Positions 1 to 9,018 of a DNA stretch of 40,061 nt are shown here, piece after piece. The position numbers and the translations under genes were made by a program. Origin of the DNA: Candidatus Levybacteria bacterium RIFCSPHIGHO2_01_FULL_37_33 (GTDB lineage: Bacteria; Patescibacteriota; Microgenomatia; Levybacterales; UBA12049). The stretch covers positions 1 through 40,061 of the forward strand of contig MFNM01000045.1 in assembly GCA_001782085.1 (NCBI GenBank), written 5' to 3'. The notes under the pieces were generated by a model. That model saw only the letters and a list, made by a program, of their open reading frames with translations. It made no database searches and was not told the origin of the DNA. Position 1 is the stretch's first letter. The number at the start of each line of letters is the position of its first letter.

Positions 1-87
1 TCAATAGTTCTTAAGACTTCGGGTATTTATCCTTACCATTGCTCTGCCCATGCTGACTCAATGATGGGATTTATACTGGTAGAATAA
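1..87 (+). CDS. 3' end of a plastocyanin/cupredoxin-family protein (partial, runs in from the left edge)
   Basis: Frame 1 reads SIVLKTSGIYPYHCSAHADSMMGFILVE*, with the type-1 copper C-x2-H-x4-M ligand loop; not in the ORF track. Confidence 0.8.
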   Translation, partial: SIVLKTSGIYPYHCSAHADSMMGFILVE

Positions 88-94
88 AACAGCT

Positions 95-152
95 TGGAAA
101 AATTTAGCCTACGTGCACCAAAACAGCCTCCTGCAAGCGTTGCCATCTCCAT
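95..152 (-). pseudogene. msrA: Degenerate 5' fragment of peptide-methionine sulfoxide reductase A
   Basis: Reads MEMATLAGGCF, then after a 1-nt deletion (T)GG TGC ACG TAG GCT = W-C-T-*-A; matches the MsrA A-x-x-AGGCFWCxEA motif with a frameshift and GAG>TAG. Confidence 0.7.
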
Positions 153-160
153 ATTTCTTG

Positions 161-352
161 TTATTTCTTTGCCGCCAGTGCATATAGATGACCCAGAATA
201 CTTATTCCCAAAAGAGCAAGGCCCCAGCGAACCGGATGCGGGTTTATAATTGGTGAAGTAATTAAAATTCCTATGCCTACGCCGCCGACTACATGAACTA
301 TCGAATTATATCCTACGTGTTTTTGGAAATAGTCGGTTATTTTTTTGTACAT
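161..352 (-). CDS. Small two-TM membrane protein (63 aa)
   Basis: Strong SD AAAGGAGGTGAT (complement of 356-367); two hydrophobic segments; H-x3-GxGxG. Confidence 0.8.
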   Translation of the reverse strand: MYKKITDYFQKHVGYNSIVHVVGGVGIGILITSPIINPHPVRWGLALLGISILGHLYALAAKK

Positions 353-424
353 AAGATCACCTCCTTTAAATCTATCCTGTTTTTACTTTAATACTAATTT
401 TGATACCAAGTCAAATCTAAGGTC

Positions 425-455
425 ATCCCACCTCTAAGGTGGGATAAGGTGGGAT
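425..455. repeat. GC-rich hairpin ATCCCACCT-cta-AGGTGGGAT with tandem duplication of the right arm
   Basis: 9-bp perfect inverted repeat 425-433/437-445; AGGTGGGAT repeated at 447-455. Confidence 0.7.
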
Positions 456-542
456 AGCTTTGCATTATAATTTTTCTCCTCCTTGATTATTTTCTAAAAA
501 TATGTCTAAGATAGGGTAGATATGAAAGGAGGTGATTTATAA

Positions 543-713
543 ATGAATGCTAAAATGAAATCATGTTTTACACCACATGCAATAACGCATAGCCTTTTAG
601 GCTTGGGACTTGGGTTACTGCTTTCGGCATTAATACCATCACTTGCTAATGTTTTGCTAGGAATTATCATAATAGTCGTTGCGCTAGGATTAGATATGAT
701 GCGCAAAAGCTAG
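543..713 (+). CDS. Small two-TM membrane protein (56 aa), missed by the ORF track
   Basis: SD AAAGGAGGTGAT at 525-536; MNAKMKSCFTPHAITHSLLGLGLGLLLSALIPSLANVLLGIIIIVVALGLDMMRKS*. Confidence 0.8.
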   Translation: MNAKMKSCFTPHAITHSLLGLGLGLLLSALIPSLANVLLGIIIIVVALGLDMMRKS

Positions 714-756
714 TCGTTTTCTGCAATAGATTGTTTGAGGTGAAGTTATTAGGCTA

Positions 757-1008
757 CTATAATGAATCCAGTTTTTTCGCAAAAGCATCTTTATCCAAGC
801 CTCCGGTTGCAAAAAGCTCATTGTTTACTATTATCCCGGGGCTTGAGAAAATACTGTATTTTGTAACAAGCTCCATGCCTTTTGAGGTTGTTACATCTAT
901 TTCTTCTATTTGCATTTGAGGATATTTTGGCTTGAGTTCTTCAAAAACCTTTCGCGCTTGGGCACAATGTGTACAGCCGGGAGATGTGACAAATTGGATA
1001 GTAATCAT
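757..1008 (-). CDS. Small thioredoxin/glutaredoxin-like protein
   Basis: N-terminal CTHC (CxxC) motif, SSP cis-Pro loop, 83 aa. Confidence 0.85.
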   Translation of the reverse strand: MITIQFVTSPGCTHCAQARKVFEELKPKYPQMQIEEIDVTTSKGMELVTKYSIFSSPGIIVNNELFATGGLDKDAFAKKLDSL

Positions 1009-1038
1009 AATAGAATCTACAATTATTGTCAGGTTTAA

Positions 1039-3030
1039 TTAGTGCCCATGGTCATCCATATGTGTCTGAGGTTGAACCATTGGGTTTATTTCCTGCTCAA
1101 CTTCAACCATAAATTCTGTAGTTACGACCTTTCCTTTATGCTGGAATTGTCCATAAATTTTCCAAAGTCCCGGGAATGAAAAAGTTTCGTGTGCTTCTAT
1201 TGAAGAATCCGTTTTTTCTTTCATGCCATGCGCATGAATCATTGTTGAAAGATCAGCTGGAGCAAATACAAGGTGCATATCAGCTCCCAAATATTCATCT
1301 GTATCGAAAACTGCAATCCCGTCTTTTTTAATAGAATAGTTTAAATGTGAGTCATGGCCTGCTTTTATTTTGTCAGAATCTATGCCGAGGGTTACTTCGT
1401 ATCCATCGAAAATACGAGTGCGACTAAGATCTTTTGTTATTGCAACCAATTGTTTCCCGCCTGAAACCTCAAGCCAAACAGTATCAAATACTCCTCCCAT
1501 TCCTTTTCTTGATCCATCAATCAAAACTCTATAACGTCCTGCTTTTGAGACAGTTAAAGGAACCTCAAATTCATTGGCTTGAGTACCGACTATAAAATCT
1601 TTTGAGTCTTCAGGATGCACGTGTTTGAATTCATTAAGATCTTCGCTTACTAAAATTACATGAAGAATTCGTTCATGGTCTAACTGTAAATCTGTAATTG
1701 GCAAACCTTTCTTGTCATACAAAGAGATTTTAAGAACAAATGGTTTGCTGGCTTGAATTTCCGATTGACTTGAAAGTACGGAGTGAAAATCCGAAGTTGT
1801 AGCATTTATATTTTGAACCGTATTCATTTCTTCATCGTGACGATCTGTTGCTTTTTCCGACCAGTGAGCAGTAAACATGTGGGGCAATAAGAAACCTACA
1901 ATTGTAATTATTATTGCAAAAATCGAAACAAAAAACCAAGTCAAAAGACCAAGATATTTTCTTTCTGTTGCTTGCTGTTCTTGCGGAACTGAAACTAAAT
2001 TCTTTTCTCTTTTAACCAAGTACCAAAGCATTGGGAATACCCAGGAAATTATAAGAACTGGCGTTCCTAAAGAAATAGGCAAGCCAAATAACCAAGAAGA
2101 TCCTCCAACCGGCGCAGAATGTGTATGTCCAAACTGCTGTACCTTACTGCCCAATAAATCTGTTATTGTGCCCTCTTGCGTGATCTTCTCGCCAAGCGAG
2201 TGAATTCCCGATAGGGTCCACCAGTCGTGCCCGAACACACCCAAAGTCAACAAAAACCCACCAACAAAAAGTGTTGTCCAGGCAGTAACTTGCGTAACCT
2301 TCTCTTTATGCTTAACTAAGAAACTCGTAGCGTTGATTCCAAGAATTGCCAAGAAAGCCAGAATAAATAATGGAGTTATTCGGCCCAGCGCCTGAACTAG
2401 CATAATAACCAATCCCTGAAATGGACTTCCCGTTGCAACTATTTGAGGGATGATCACAGCGTTAAATAAAGGATTTGGGCAGCCAACTCCTACATTTCCT
2501 AGAAATAAACCAAGAAGCAAAGCTTTTAATAAATCTTTTTGTTTCAGTACAAATTGAGGAACTCCGCCTCCATAAGTTGGAGACTGAAATTTTATTAAAC
2601 CAAGTTCTCCAAGCGCAAAGAGAATAGCCAGAAATCCTGCAACTGCATATAAAATATTCTTTGCAGTTTCAACCTGATGAATTCCTAAAAGCTGACCCAA
2701 AAGCCCAATCAAAGCTCCATAAAAACTAAGGGTAATAGTAACTCCTAAGCCAAAAGCTAATGCCATTCCAATTCCTTTTTGATAAGATCTTCCCATTACC
2801 ATTGGCACAATTACAAAAGCCAAAGGCAATGTGCAGGGTAGGAAAATCATGGTGAGTCCAACCGCGTAATCAAAAACCAAAAATGAGGTTGATCCCACAT
2901 CAGAAGCCCCAAGCGTAAATATCCATTTAAGACCCGATATAAAAATTCCAATAAGGAGAATTACTAAGAGAACAAAAAATAAAGGGGGACGAGTCTTGGC
3001 TACTTCTTTAACTTCTTCTGTTTGATCCAT
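1039..3030 (-). CDS. CcdA/DsbD-like transmembrane domain fused to a His-rich soluble metal-binding domain
   Basis: FLPCTLP and GVGCPNP Cys pair in a multi-TM N-half; C-half has LHVILVSEDLNEFKHVHPE and YLGADMHLV...HAH, and ends HMDDHGH. Confidence 0.7.
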   Translation of the reverse strand: MDQTEEVKEVAKTRPPLFFVLLVILLIGIFISGLKWIFTLGASDVGSTSFLVFDYAVGLTMIFLPCTLPLAFVIVPMVMGRSYQKGIGMALAFGLGVTITLSFYGALIGLLGQLLGIHQVETAKNILYAVAGFLAILFALGELGLIKFQSPTYGGGVPQFVLKQKDLLKALLLGLFLGNVGVGCPNPLFNAVIIPQIVATGSPFQGLVIMLVQALGRITPLFILAFLAILGINATSFLVKHKEKVTQVTAWTTLFVGGFLLTLGVFGHDWWTLSGIHSLGEKITQEGTITDLLGSKVQQFGHTHSAPVGGSSWLFGLPISLGTPVLIISWVFPMLWYLVKREKNLVSVPQEQQATERKYLGLLTWFFVSIFAIIITIVGFLLPHMFTAHWSEKATDRHDEEMNTVQNINATTSDFHSVLSSQSEIQASKPFVLKISLYDKKGLPITDLQLDHERILHVILVSEDLNEFKHVHPEDSKDFIVGTQANEFEVPLTVSKAGRYRVLIDGSRKGMGGVFDTVWLEVSGGKQLVAITKDLSRTRIFDGYEVTLGIDSDKIKAGHDSHLNYSIKKDGIAVFDTDEYLGADMHLVFAPADLSTMIHAHGMKEKTDSSIEAHETFSFPGLWKIYGQFQHKGKVVTTEFMVEVEQEINPMVQPQTHMDDHGH

Positions 3031-3034
3031 ACGT

Positions 3035-3250
3035 TTAGTTTGGCTTTTGAGGAGGAGATTCTTTTTTGTTTAATATAAACTTCCAAAGTAAAAATCCCAA
3101 AATTGCAATAATAACAACTACAATAATTGCAACAACAGGATCAATTGTTGCTGGCTCTGCATGCGCTTCTTCTGTCTCGTGAGCCAAAACAATTGCTGGA
3201 TAAGTTAATGTAAACCCGGCAGTTGACAAAATCTTTGCTAACAATTTCAT
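3035..3250 (-). CDS. Small membrane-anchored protein with His/Glu N-terminal segment
   Basis: Signal-like N-terminus ending VLA-HETEEAHAE, one TM, basic tail; 4-5 nt gaps to neighbours. Confidence 0.65.
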   Translation of the reverse strand: MKLLAKILSTAGFTLTYPAIVLAHETEEAHAEPATIDPVVAIIVVVIIAILGFLLWKFILNKKESPPQKPN

Positions 3251-3255
3251 AAATT

Positions 3256-3477
3256 TTATTGCGGCATCGCCTTATATCCTAGTTGTTCTATTGCCTTAAG
3301 TATGGCATCAATATTAGTCCTTTCTTCATCAAACTCTACTTCACCTTTTTTTGCATCGTAATTGGCAGAAGCATTCAAAACTCCATCCGTACTTTGCAAA
3401 ACCATTTGTATGCCTGACGCGCAAGAATTACAATGCATTCCTTGTATGTTAAGTGTAACTTTTTTAACCTGTGCCAT
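3256..3477 (-). CDS. copZ: Copper chaperone (HMA domain)
   Basis: GMHCNSC motif, 73 aa, next to copA. Confidence 0.9.
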   Translation of the reverse strand: MAQVKKVTLNIQGMHCNSCASGIQMVLQSTDGVLNASANYDAKKGEVEFDEERTNIDAILKAIEQLGYKAMPQ

Positions 3478-3551
3478 AATTGAACGTCTCTTTAATTAGA
3501 ATAAACTCTATACTTGTTTCTTGTCAAGATAGAAACAAAATTTGTAAATTC

Positions 3552-5954
3552 TCAGGAGTCTATAAATTTTGGTTTTTTGTAGAGGCGAAGGAGAAGGGAG
3601 TTCAGAACTACAGACACAGAAGAAAATGCCATAGCAAAACCTGCTATTTCTGGACGAAGCGCTGATTGAGATAAACTCAGCCACACAGAAGAAACCTCAT
3701 GCCCAATAGCAGGAATAAGAGCTAAAATACTCCCTAAAGAAGTAACCCAGGTTGCGGGAAGTCCTGAATGTCTGGTAATTATAAGATGAAGTCCTGCGGC
3801 AATTGGGATAGCAATAACATTATAGCCAAACGCCCAAAAAAAGTTTTGCCAAATTTTAAATATTGTTTTTTGGGATAAATCTATCGCTGTCACAACATCT
3901 CGAAGATCATCACGAATAAGAATTATTTCTCCAGTTTCTATAGCCACATCTGTTCCTGATCCAACGGCAATTCCCAAATCCGATTTTGCTAAAGCTGGCG
4001 AATCATTTATTCCGTCTCCAACCATAGCAACAATTTTTCCATCTTTTTTAATTGATTCTATAATTTCTTCTTTTTTATCAGGTAAAACATTTGCATAAAC
4101 CCTATCTATTCCTAGTTGTTTACCAATTGCCTGAGCTGTTTCTTCGTTATCTCCGGTTATCATAATTATCTCTTTTTTTCTTTTCTTTAAAGCTTGTATT
4201 GCAGCTATTGCATGCTCTTTAAGAGTATCTGCCAGAGCCAAACATCCTATGACCTTTTTATCATACACAACAAAAACAACAGTCTTCGCCTCTTTTCGAA
4301 GTCTTGTTACTTCATCTTTCACCTCATCAATATTAATTCCTTCTTTCTCCATAAAAAGCTGATTGCCAACCATTATTGTCTTTTTATTGCTTTCTGCAGT
4401 TACTCCCATCCCAGAAATTGTTTTAAAATTCTCCGGCTCAACAACTTCTAACTTTTGTTCTTTCGCTTTTTTAACAACAGCCTGTGCCAAAGGATGCTCT
4501 GATCCGCGCTCCGCAATTGCTGCAAGTTTTAGCAAATCTTCATTCGTAGTTCCCTTAAGCGAAACAATATTTGTTACAGCAGGTTCTCCTTTTGTCAAAG
4601 TTCCAGTTTTATCAAATGCAACTGCTGTTATTTTATGCGCCTTTTCTAACGCCTCTCCACCTTTAATTAATATTCCGGATTCTGCTCCTTTAGTAGTTCC
4701 AACCATTGTCGCAATAGGAGTTGCCAGACCCAAAGCGCAAGGACAAGAAATAATAAGGGTCGCAACCATAAAAAGTAGAGAAGGAGTAAAGCCATCGCCC
4801 CTTACAAAATACCAATAATTAAACGAGATTAAAGAAAGAACTATTACAGTTGGAACGAATCGTTCGGAAATCCAATCTGCAACTCTTTGTAGCGGTGCTC
4901 TTGTTGCTTGAGCCTCTCTTACCATACGCACAATTTGATAAATCAAAGTCTCATTGCCTACTTTTGTTGCTTTGCAGTGCAAAAGCCCATAAGAGTTTAC
5001 TGTTCCTCCAATTACCACATCATTTACCTTTTTATTTACAGGCATTGATTCTCCCGTAACTATTTTCTCATCAAGCGCAGATTCTCCTTTTATAATTATT
5101 CCATCTGTTGGAATCTTGCTCCCAGGCTTTACAATAAATATGTCATCTTTTTTTAATTCGCTTGCCAAAACCTCTTTTTCATTGTCTTTATCAAGTAAAA
5201 TTGCCTTTTCCGGAGTTAACTGCAGCAACTTACTAACAGCATCCGATACTTTTCCCCGAGACACGGCTTCCAAATATCTACCCATGATAAGAAACGACAT
5301 TAAAGCAGCTGATGATTCCCAAAACGGATGATCAAGACCGATCCAAATAGTTTGAAGATGTCCATAAGTTGTAGCAAATAAAAAACCAATTAAACTATAA
5401 AAAAAAGCAGCACTTGTTCCCAAAACAACAAGTGTATCCATAGAGGTAGATCCAACTTTAAATGCGGTCCAAGCATTTCTATAAAAGATCCACCCTACCC
5501 AAAACTGGACTGGAATAGTCATTGCTAAATATATCCAGTTTAGATCTACAAACAAGCTTCCTACCATTATGCCATGAACGTGCTGAAGGTTTAGCATGTG
5601 TACTGCCATGTAGTAACCAATGATTGGGCTTGCGAGAAGAAAACTAACAATCGTGCGGTTTCTTAGATCTCTAATATGGGATTCTCGCTCTTTTTTAAAT
5701 TCCTCCTCAGTTTTTGATTCTTCAGAGAGAAAAGTGTAACCCAAAGATTTTCCCAAACTTAAAATTTTTTCCTCCGGGATAATACTAGGATCAAATGCAA
5801 TAGAAAGTTTCTCTGCGCCAAAACTGGCGTTTACTGATTGCACCCCTTTCTGTTTTTGAAGAATTGTATTGATTAAAACAGCACAAGAAGCACAATGCAT
5901 TCCTTGAATTCTGTATAATTTTTGTACTTGAGTAGTTTTAGTTTCTATTTGCAA
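3552..5954 (-). CDS. copA: Cu(I)-translocating P1B-type ATPase
   Basis: GMHCASC HMA, TGES, CPC, DKTGT, SEHPL, GDGIND, YN and MAFSS motifs. Confidence 0.95.
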   Translation of the reverse strand: MQIETKTTQVQKLYRIQGMHCASCAVLINTILQKQKGVQSVNASFGAEKLSIAFDPSIIPEEKILSLGKSLGYTFLSEESKTEEEFKKERESHIRDLRNRTIVSFLLASPIIGYYMAVHMLNLQHVHGIMVGSLFVDLNWIYLAMTIPVQFWVGWIFYRNAWTAFKVGSTSMDTLVVLGTSAAFFYSLIGFLFATTYGHLQTIWIGLDHPFWESSAALMSFLIMGRYLEAVSRGKVSDAVSKLLQLTPEKAILLDKDNEKEVLASELKKDDIFIVKPGSKIPTDGIIIKGESALDEKIVTGESMPVNKKVNDVVIGGTVNSYGLLHCKATKVGNETLIYQIVRMVREAQATRAPLQRVADWISERFVPTVIVLSLISFNYWYFVRGDGFTPSLLFMVATLIISCPCALGLATPIATMVGTTKGAESGILIKGGEALEKAHKITAVAFDKTGTLTKGEPAVTNIVSLKGTTNEDLLKLAAIAERGSEHPLAQAVVKKAKEQKLEVVEPENFKTISGMGVTAESNKKTIMVGNQLFMEKEGINIDEVKDEVTRLRKEAKTVVFVVYDKKVIGCLALADTLKEHAIAAIQALKKRKKEIIMITGDNEETAQAIGKQLGIDRVYANVLPDKKEEIIESIKKDGKIVAMVGDGINDSPALAKSDLGIAVGSGTDVAIETGEIILIRDDLRDVVTAIDLSQKTIFKIWQNFFWAFGYNVIAIPIAAGLHLIITRHSGLPATWVTSLGSILALIPAIGHEVSSVWLSLSQSALRPEIAGFAMAFSSVSVVLNSLLLRLYKKPKFIDS

Positions 5955-6435
5955 TTATTTCCCCCCCATCCTTAACCAATTTATTTGTTGCATTACAAGC
6001 AAAATTTTTATTCGGAACTAAAGCTGATGTATCTTTTTCCTCCCCAACAATTAACGTTCCGATTTGGTCATAATGTCCATCGCCGCATGGAACTGAGCAA
6101 TAAAAATTAAATTTCCCAGATAAAGAAGGAGTAAAGTTTATTGTAGTTGTAGTCTGCGGAAAAAGTCTTCGATTGATACCAAAAACGTCTATTGCAAAAC
6201 CATGATCGTAAGTGTCTTCGTTGTAAATACTTAAAACTATTTTAGTGCCTGCTGCAATCTTTATTATGCTTGGATCCCATTTCCAGTGGTTTTTTATAAC
6301 TCGCATGTTAATTATCGCAACTTTGCCAGTGGACTTAATTCCTCCAACACCTGAAGGACGATAATATGTCTGGTAAATAAAACCGCTTGATAATAAAGCT
6401 ATGGCAAACAGAAGCAAACCGAGATACTTATTCAT
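5938..6435 (-). CDS. Membrane-anchored cupredoxin with CuA-like motif
   Basis: N-terminal TM; H-x34-C-x3-C-x3-H-x2-Q (DHGF...YCSVPCGDGHYDQ). Confidence 0.8.
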   Translation of the reverse strand: MNKYLGLLLFAIALLSSGFIYQTYYRPSGVGGIKSTGKVAIINMRVIKNHWKWDPSIIKIAAGTKIVLSIYNEDTYDHGFAIDVFGINRRLFPQTTTTINFTPSLSGKFNFYCSVPCGDGHYDQIGTLIVGEEKDTSALVPNKNFACNATNKLVKDGGEIIANRN

Positions 6436-6856
6436 TGCCCTCTTTTTTGTGAGACAAATTATCTAGACTTAGCGGACCTGCTCCCAATAAAAACAATGCA
6501 ATTGACGCTCCTGCCAAACTTACATCTCGATATAAATCTGGATTTAAAGACATACCATACTTGGACAAAAACGAAAGAAAAAATATAGTAACCATTAAAA
6601 AACTTATTATCGCAAATATCCTTACTTTAAAACCGGTTAAGAGAGCTGCCCCTGTACAAATCTCAAGAAGCCCCAAGTAAAAATTAAGAGCTGCAGAATC
6701 TGCTAGTTCAAGATTTGTCAAAAGTTGAATTTCCGATGTAGTTTGACCTGGATGTGATAGCTTTTGTAAGCCGAACAAAATAAAAACTAAAGCCAAGCCA
6801 AAACGAAGAAACAGTGGAGCATACCTTTCGTATTTTTGGGTAGTTTCTGTGGACAT
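6428..6856 (-). CDS. DoxX-family membrane protein
   Basis: LRFGLALVFILFGLQKL, E-x3-G-x2-LLxG, and GAGPLSLD motifs. Confidence 0.85.
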   Translation of the reverse strand: MSTETTQKYERYAPLFLRFGLALVFILFGLQKLSHPGQTTSEIQLLTNLELADSAALNFYLGLLEICTGAALLTGFKVRIFAIISFLMVTIFFLSFLSKYGMSLNPDLYRDVSLAGASIALFLLGAGPLSLDNLSHKKEGNE

Positions 6857-6998
6857 AAATTATTAGCTCTATTTAGCTAATCACAAAATCATACAAGAAG
6901 TCAACCCTTCGAGACACTCTTTCTGCCAAATCAACATTTTCTTTTAAGTTTGTTGAGAAATGTTTGCGGAATAGGTAAGATAGGAAATAGTTATTGTT

Positions 6999-8192
6999 AT
7001 GACAAATATTGTTGTTTTGGGCGGAGGTTTTGCAGGAGTTGCGGCAGGACTTTCTCTTTTAAAACACATCAAAAATCAAAAGATAATTCTCATAGATAAG
7101 AACTCCTTTCATCTTTTTACCCCATCTCTTTACGAAGTTGCAACAAGTGAGGAGCCAATGAGAAATATTGCGATCCCTTTTAAGGAAATTTTTGGAGATA
7201 AAGCTGAAATCATTACAGGCGCAATAACATCAATAAATCCAAAAACACAAAGGATTAAATTAAAAGACTTAGAAATTTCTTATGATTATTTAATTTTAGC
7301 GCTTGGAAGCGAACCAGCGTACTACGATATTGCCGGGCTTTCAGAATACTCTCTGCCTCTTAAAACCATAACGGATGCGGTAAAAATAAAAGATTCAATG
7401 CATAAACTTTACGATCTAAAAGCACCGAAAAATGAGATGGTAAGTATAATCATTGGTGGAGGAGGTTTTTCGGGAACAGAGCTTGCTGCAGAGCTTTTAG
7501 AATATGTATATAAATTATCGAAAGAACATAGCTTGCCGCCAAATCTAATAAAGATTTGCATAATTGCGGGATCGGAAAAACTGTTAAAAGAACTTGACGA
7601 TCATGTATCAAATATTGCAACTACAAGACTTAAGAAGTTGGGTGCGGATTTTATTTTTGGAAGCCATATTAAGGAAGTTTTTAAAAATAAACTCACCACC
7701 GATAAAAATCAGGAATTTTCATTCGATATCCTCATTTGGACAGGGGGAGTTAAGGCAAATAGTTTACTTCAGAGTTTTGGATTGGTACTAAGCAAATCAG
7801 GACAAGTTGAGGTCAATGAGTTTCTTCAGACAAAAGAATTTCCAAATTTTTTTGCAGTTGGGGACATTGCAGAGTTTATAGATCCTGTTTCTAAAAGACC
7901 TGCACCGGGAGTTGCGCAGGTTGCTGAGGAAGAAGGAAAAATTGCAGGAGAAAATATTGCAAGACTCATTGAGAAAAAACCTTTAGTTCCTTATAAATTG
8001 AAACATTTTGGATATATAGTTCCGCTTAGAGGACGGTACGCTGTTTTTGCAACGGGCACGCTTCATATAAAAGGATTTTTTGGCTGGATAATCCAGCAGT
8101 TTATTTTTTTGCGTTATCTTTTGGGAATATTGCCTTTTTATAAAGCTTTTAGAAAATGGAATCAGTTTGAAAAAGACCTAAGACAAGAATAA
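6999..8192 (+). CDS. ndh: Type II NADH dehydrogenase (NDH-2)-like flavoprotein
   Basis: Two Rossmann motifs (VLGGGFAG, IGGGGFSGTELAAE), IWTGG, AVGD, AQVA. Confidence 0.85.
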   Translation: MTNIVVLGGGFAGVAAGLSLLKHIKNQKIILIDKNSFHLFTPSLYEVATSEEPMRNIAIPFKEIFGDKAEIITGAITSINPKTQRIKLKDLEISYDYLILALGSEPAYYDIAGLSEYSLPLKTITDAVKIKDSMHKLYDLKAPKNEMVSIIIGGGGFSGTELAAELLEYVYKLSKEHSLPPNLIKICIIAGSEKLLKELDDHVSNIATTRLKKLGADFIFGSHIKEVFKNKLTTDKNQEFSFDILIWTGGVKANSLLQSFGLVLSKSGQVEVNEFLQTKEFPNFFAVGDIAEFIDPVSKRPAPGVAQVAEEEGKIAGENIARLIEKKPLVPYKLKHFGYIVPLRGRYAVFATGTLHIKGFFGWIIQQFIFLRYLLGILPFYKAFRKWNQFEKDLRQE

Positions 8193-8194
8193 GA

Positions 8195-8223
8195 TTGACA
8201 AATAGTAAATAAAGTTTTATTTT
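8195..8223 (+). promoter_or_regulatory. Putative sigma70 promoter for sodN
   Basis: TTGACA at 8195-8200, 17-nt spacer, TATTTT at 8218-8223. Confidence 0.45.
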
Positions 8224-8231
8224 ATAGTTGC

Positions 8232-8702
8232 ATGAAAAAGATTTTTTACAAATTTCTATCAAAGATTCTTCCAACTCATACTGCCTATGCACATTGTGAT
8301 ATTCCATGCGGAATTTATGATCCAAAGCCTGCTCAGATTGCAGCTGCCACAGTTCTTAAGATGGTTGAGAAAATCGGGGAATTAGATTCTTCGGCTTCGT
8401 CTCAGAATGACACTTCGCGAGAGAATAGTCTGATCAGGATGGTATGGACCAAAGAGGAACACGCAAGAAAATGCAAGGAAGAACTTCTTATACTTTGGAC
8501 TGATTACTTCAAATCCGAACACATTTCGTCATTTCCCAACCTTCATGAGATTTTTTGGAAAGCTGCGAAACTTTGCTCCAAAAATAAGCAAAACGTAGAC
8601 CTTAAATCCGCAGAAGAGCTGGTAAAATCAGTAGATGAAATAGCAGAAATATTCAAAAAAACACAATCTGATTCAAACGCGGTTAAGACTTCAAAAAAGT
8701 GA
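8232..8702 (+). CDS. sodN: Nickel superoxide dismutase precursor
   Basis: Leader followed by Ni-hook HCDIPCGIYDP; KEEHA and LWTDYFK. Confidence 0.95.
   Translation: MKKIFYKFLSKILPTHTAYAHCDIPCGIYDPKPAQIAAATVLKMVEKIGELDSSASSQNDTSRENSLIRMVWTKEEHARKCKEELLILWTDYFKSEHISSFPNLHEIFWKAAKLCSKNKQNVDLKSAEELVKSVDEIAEIFKKTQSDSNAVKTSKK
8385..8411 (+). repeat. 27-nt in-frame element GATTCTTC-N8-CTCAGAATGAC (copy 1, in sodN)
   Basis: Same 5' and 3' blocks as 26156-26182; encodes DSSASSQND. Confidence 0.75.
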
Positions 8703-8995
8703 ATTTTAATATCTTCAACTTTCTTCCTCTTCTGAAATTTTGCATAGAAGAAAATAGTATGAGTCCGTTTCTAAAGCCGGGAGACAATGTTCTTGTATGG
8801 AAGTTTGCAAAACCCAAAATTGGGGATGTGGTTGTTTTAAAAGTTGGTGATAGAATTTATATAAAGAGAGTAAAAGAAATAAAGAATCAAGAGTTTTTTC
8901 TAATAGGAGATAATAAAAGAGAAAGTATTGATAGTCGGGAATTCGGATGGATTGATCAGAAAGATATAATTGGGAAAGTCGTTTACAAGATTTAA
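8699..8995 (+). CDS. sodX: Ni-SOD maturation protease (S26 family)
   Basis: SMSPFL Ser and IKRV Lys dyad, GDN...DSR; GTGA overlap with sodN. Confidence 0.85.
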   Translation: MNFNIFNFLPLLKFCIEENSMSPFLKPGDNVLVWKFAKPKIGDVVVLKVGDRIYIKRVKEIKNQEFFLIGDNKRESIDSREFGWIDQKDIIGKVVYKI

Positions 8996-9018
8996 GATTT
9001 ATGAATTAAGATTTAGGA

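Noticed and set aside
506-706. 66-aa minus-strand ORF
   Set aside because: Shadow of the SD-supported plus-strand gene 543-713
6862-6881. ATTAGCT-N6-AGCTAAT palindrome as a copper operator
   Set aside because: Single copy, AT-rich, no match to CsoR/CopY/CueR boxes I know, and no regulator in the window
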